A stretch of DNA of 64,000 nucleotides from Balanoglossus misakiensis (lineage: Eukaryota > Animalia > Hemichordata): contig CM082583.2 of assembly GCA_040954595.2 (NCBI GenBank), positions 1,250,925 through 1,314,924 of the forward strand. The letters run 5' to 3'. The translations under genes and the position numbers were made by a program. Under the pieces are notes generated by a model, which was given only the letters and a program-made list of their open reading frames with translations, searched no databases and was not told the origin of the DNA. Position 1 is the stretch's first letter. The number at the start of each line of letters is the position of its first letter. Positions 61,692 through 64,000 of this stretch are shown here, one piece after another.

Positions 61692-62035
61692 GTCAATTTT
61701 CGATTTTTAAAAACCGGCACTTAGACGCGGGGCAGTGTTGAAAATCACGGAAAAATCGTGAAAGTCCGTACGGGCACACCACTCGAAACGCGTATAACCT
61801 AATTCTTTGGACTAACAATGGCGTGAAATATGATAGAAACAGCAACTTACCGGGTATACGTCAGTTTCGGGATGAGAATAATTCTTCTAACGCAGTATTA
61901 AGCTGGAAAAGTGAGATTATCGGTACCTCGGGAAAAAATCCTAACGGACACATACTTAAGCACGGGGGCGCTGTTCATTTGAAATGATTTTATGCAAATG
62001 CATGTAAATTAGGTACCCTGAAATCAGACTGAGTA

Positions 62036-64000
62036 GTATTAATAGCAAGGCATCTATAATCGCAGCCGCAGTGAAACGGGCGGAACTGATGACTCGTATG
62101 GCAGGTTTGGAGGAAAAACAGAAATTAGACGAATTGGAATTCAAAATAAACGAAGAACAATCCAAAATAAACAAACAAAAACAATTGTTGGAAATCAAAA
62201 CAGAAATTGCTGAACAGAATGCAATAATCGATGTGTATCGTCATTTTGAAAATGGTGAAGATGAAAGTAGTTTACAAGAATACAACCTACAAGATCTCTT
62301 TAAGACACCCGCTGCATTTCGGGGCAACATCAAGACGAAGAGTTCAAGTGCTAGCAACTTGGGTAGTTTCCACACATGTGATAGTCCCAACGTTACTAAG
62401 TCTGATAGTCCTGTCGACAGCATTGTATGCAGTCCAGAAAAAAAGAAAACCCGATGTAAACAAGCAGACGAAATTCAGTCCTGACCTTGGTTCGTGTACA
62501 GGTAGCAATAGCAGCCACAGTTCCTGTAGTGATCATAACCTAGCCACAGTTACTAAACTGTTGTTTGAGCATAACAAGCGTGCCGCTTTACCGCCGCAAT
62601 CGATACCCGTGTTCGATGGGGACCCATTGCAGTATAAATCATTTATACGTGCCTTTCGGCATGGCATAGAATCTAACACTGAAGATCCTGATGATCGTTT
62701 GTATTACTTGGAGCAGTATACACGTGGTGAACCGAGAGAAATAGTGAGCAGTTGCATTCACATGGAAGCGAATGAAGGATACGAAAGAGCCAGAAAATTG
62801 CTTGAAACTGAGTTCGGCAATCCATACGTGACGGCCAGAGCCTACACCAAGCAAGCAGAAGATTGGCCGGAATTGAAATCCGAGGATAAGACCGCTTTGA
62901 AAGATTTCGCTCTTTTCTTGACCAAGTGTGAAAATGCTATGAAAGGTGAATCACATCTGAGAGAGCTCAACCACTACAAAAACTTGCAAATGTTGGTTTA
63001 CAAACTGCCTTTCAAGTTGAGAGACCGGTGGCGCAGCAGAACATACAGTATCGTACAACAACGATCAGTGCAGTTCAAAGATCTTGTGGAATTTGTCAAC
63101 AGGGAAGCCAAGATAATGTCCCAAGAGGTGTTTGGTAACCTCGCCGGCATTCCATCCAAGGACAAGGGAGCAAAGAACATCAAGAAAGCAACTAGTGGTA
63201 CACAAAGACGCAACGCCTACACAGTCAGCACAGAGACTGTTACTCCGTGTTTGTGTTGTGCAGACAGTACACATGAATTTCAAGACTGTCAAGTGTTTGC
63301 CTCCAAGGCTTACGATGACAAGAAACGGCTCATAAAAACGAAAGGGTTATGTTTTGGTTGCCTGAAAGATGGAAAACATATGGTGAAAGACTGTACAAGC
63401 AAGCTGACTTGTGAAAAATGTGGCAAGCTGCATCCGACCGTGTTGCACTTCAACAAAACCAAAGACCAGTCTGGAAAACCCGTGTTAACGAATGTGGGGA
63501 TGATTGACGCATCATGTAGATCTGCGGGGAATGGAGAGTGTGCATATAAACCCGTGATTATTCCCGTCAAGGTCAAATGTAGATCGAGTGGTCTTAGTGT
63601 ACAAACGTACGCCTTTATTGACAACGGCAGTGACACAGTATTCTGTACGGAAACACTTCGTCGACAACTGAACGTCGGTGGTAAGAAAACAAAGATTATG
63701 CTGAACACTATCACTGGAAGTAAATCAGCTGATAGTCGTGTTATCAAGGGTCTAGAAGTTTCAGATCTTGATGAGCATTACATCATCAAACTTCCAGCTA
63801 CATATACGCAAGAGAAAATTCCTGCTTCGAAAGATCTCATCGTTACACAAGATGACATTGGCAAGTATCCTTATTTGCGTAAGGTACGCCTGCCTGAGAT
63901 AGATGCGGAAATAGGCCTACTCATCGGTGGTAACGTTCCTGAAGCGTTTGAACCATGGGAAGTGATAAACAGTAATGGAGATGGACCATTTGCCGTACGT
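62036..64000 (+). pseudogene. BEL/Pao gag (continuation) and aspartic protease; frameshift near A-run ~62438-62443
   Basis: After the shift: PVFDGDPLQY, RLYYLEQYTRG, KLP...W, three Cys/His knuckles (CLCCADSTHEFQDC, CFGCLKDGKHMVKDC, CEKCGKLHPTVLH), protease AFIDNGSD; open to window end. Confidence 0.9.

Larger units (their letters stand above)
57770..62031. mobile_element. 4.26 kb non-autonomous DNA transposon with 14-bp TIRs and 4-bp TSD (superfamily uncertain, Academ-like)
   Basis: TIRs cagtctgatctcag / ctgaaatcagactg; AGTA at 57766-57769 and 62032-62035; excision restores the gag frame. Confidence 0.85.
56813..64000 (+). mobile_element. BEL/Pao family-2 element, 5' part: LTR 56813-57197, leader, interrupted gag, protease; runs off window
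   Basis: LTR near-identical to 48230-48616, preceded by ctggt; gag/protease motifs downstream. Confidence 0.92.

Overview
AT-rich animal (probably marine invertebrate) genomic DNA made almost entirely of mobile elements and satellite; no clearly host-essential gene. Bases 1-19023 look like the right-hand part of one very large IS3EU-type DNA transposon: a spliced DDE integrase-core transposase gene (+, one in-frame stop, a full-length CR1/L2-group LINE in one intron), a convergent multi-exon gene ending in a UBX-like domain, an intronless BTB-BACK-PHR pseudogene, subterminal repeats, and a ...CCATA end abutting satellite. Bases 19024-56812 are a composite ~2.05 kb satellite (81-bp GC-rich monomers plus an AT-rich block of ~333-bp degenerate repeats). 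It is interrupted by a near-intact Tx1/L1 LINE with a 13-bp TSD and a truncated BEL/Pao element, and it flips orientation at a fold-back inverted repeat centred on a deleted BEL/Pao 3' end (45889-48616). From 56813 a BEL/Pao 5' LTR plus gag/protease is split by a 4.26 kb CAG-ended DNA transposon that itself contains a Kolobok-type MITE and a 5'-truncated L2 LINE. All family calls come from motif recognition by eye, not database searches.
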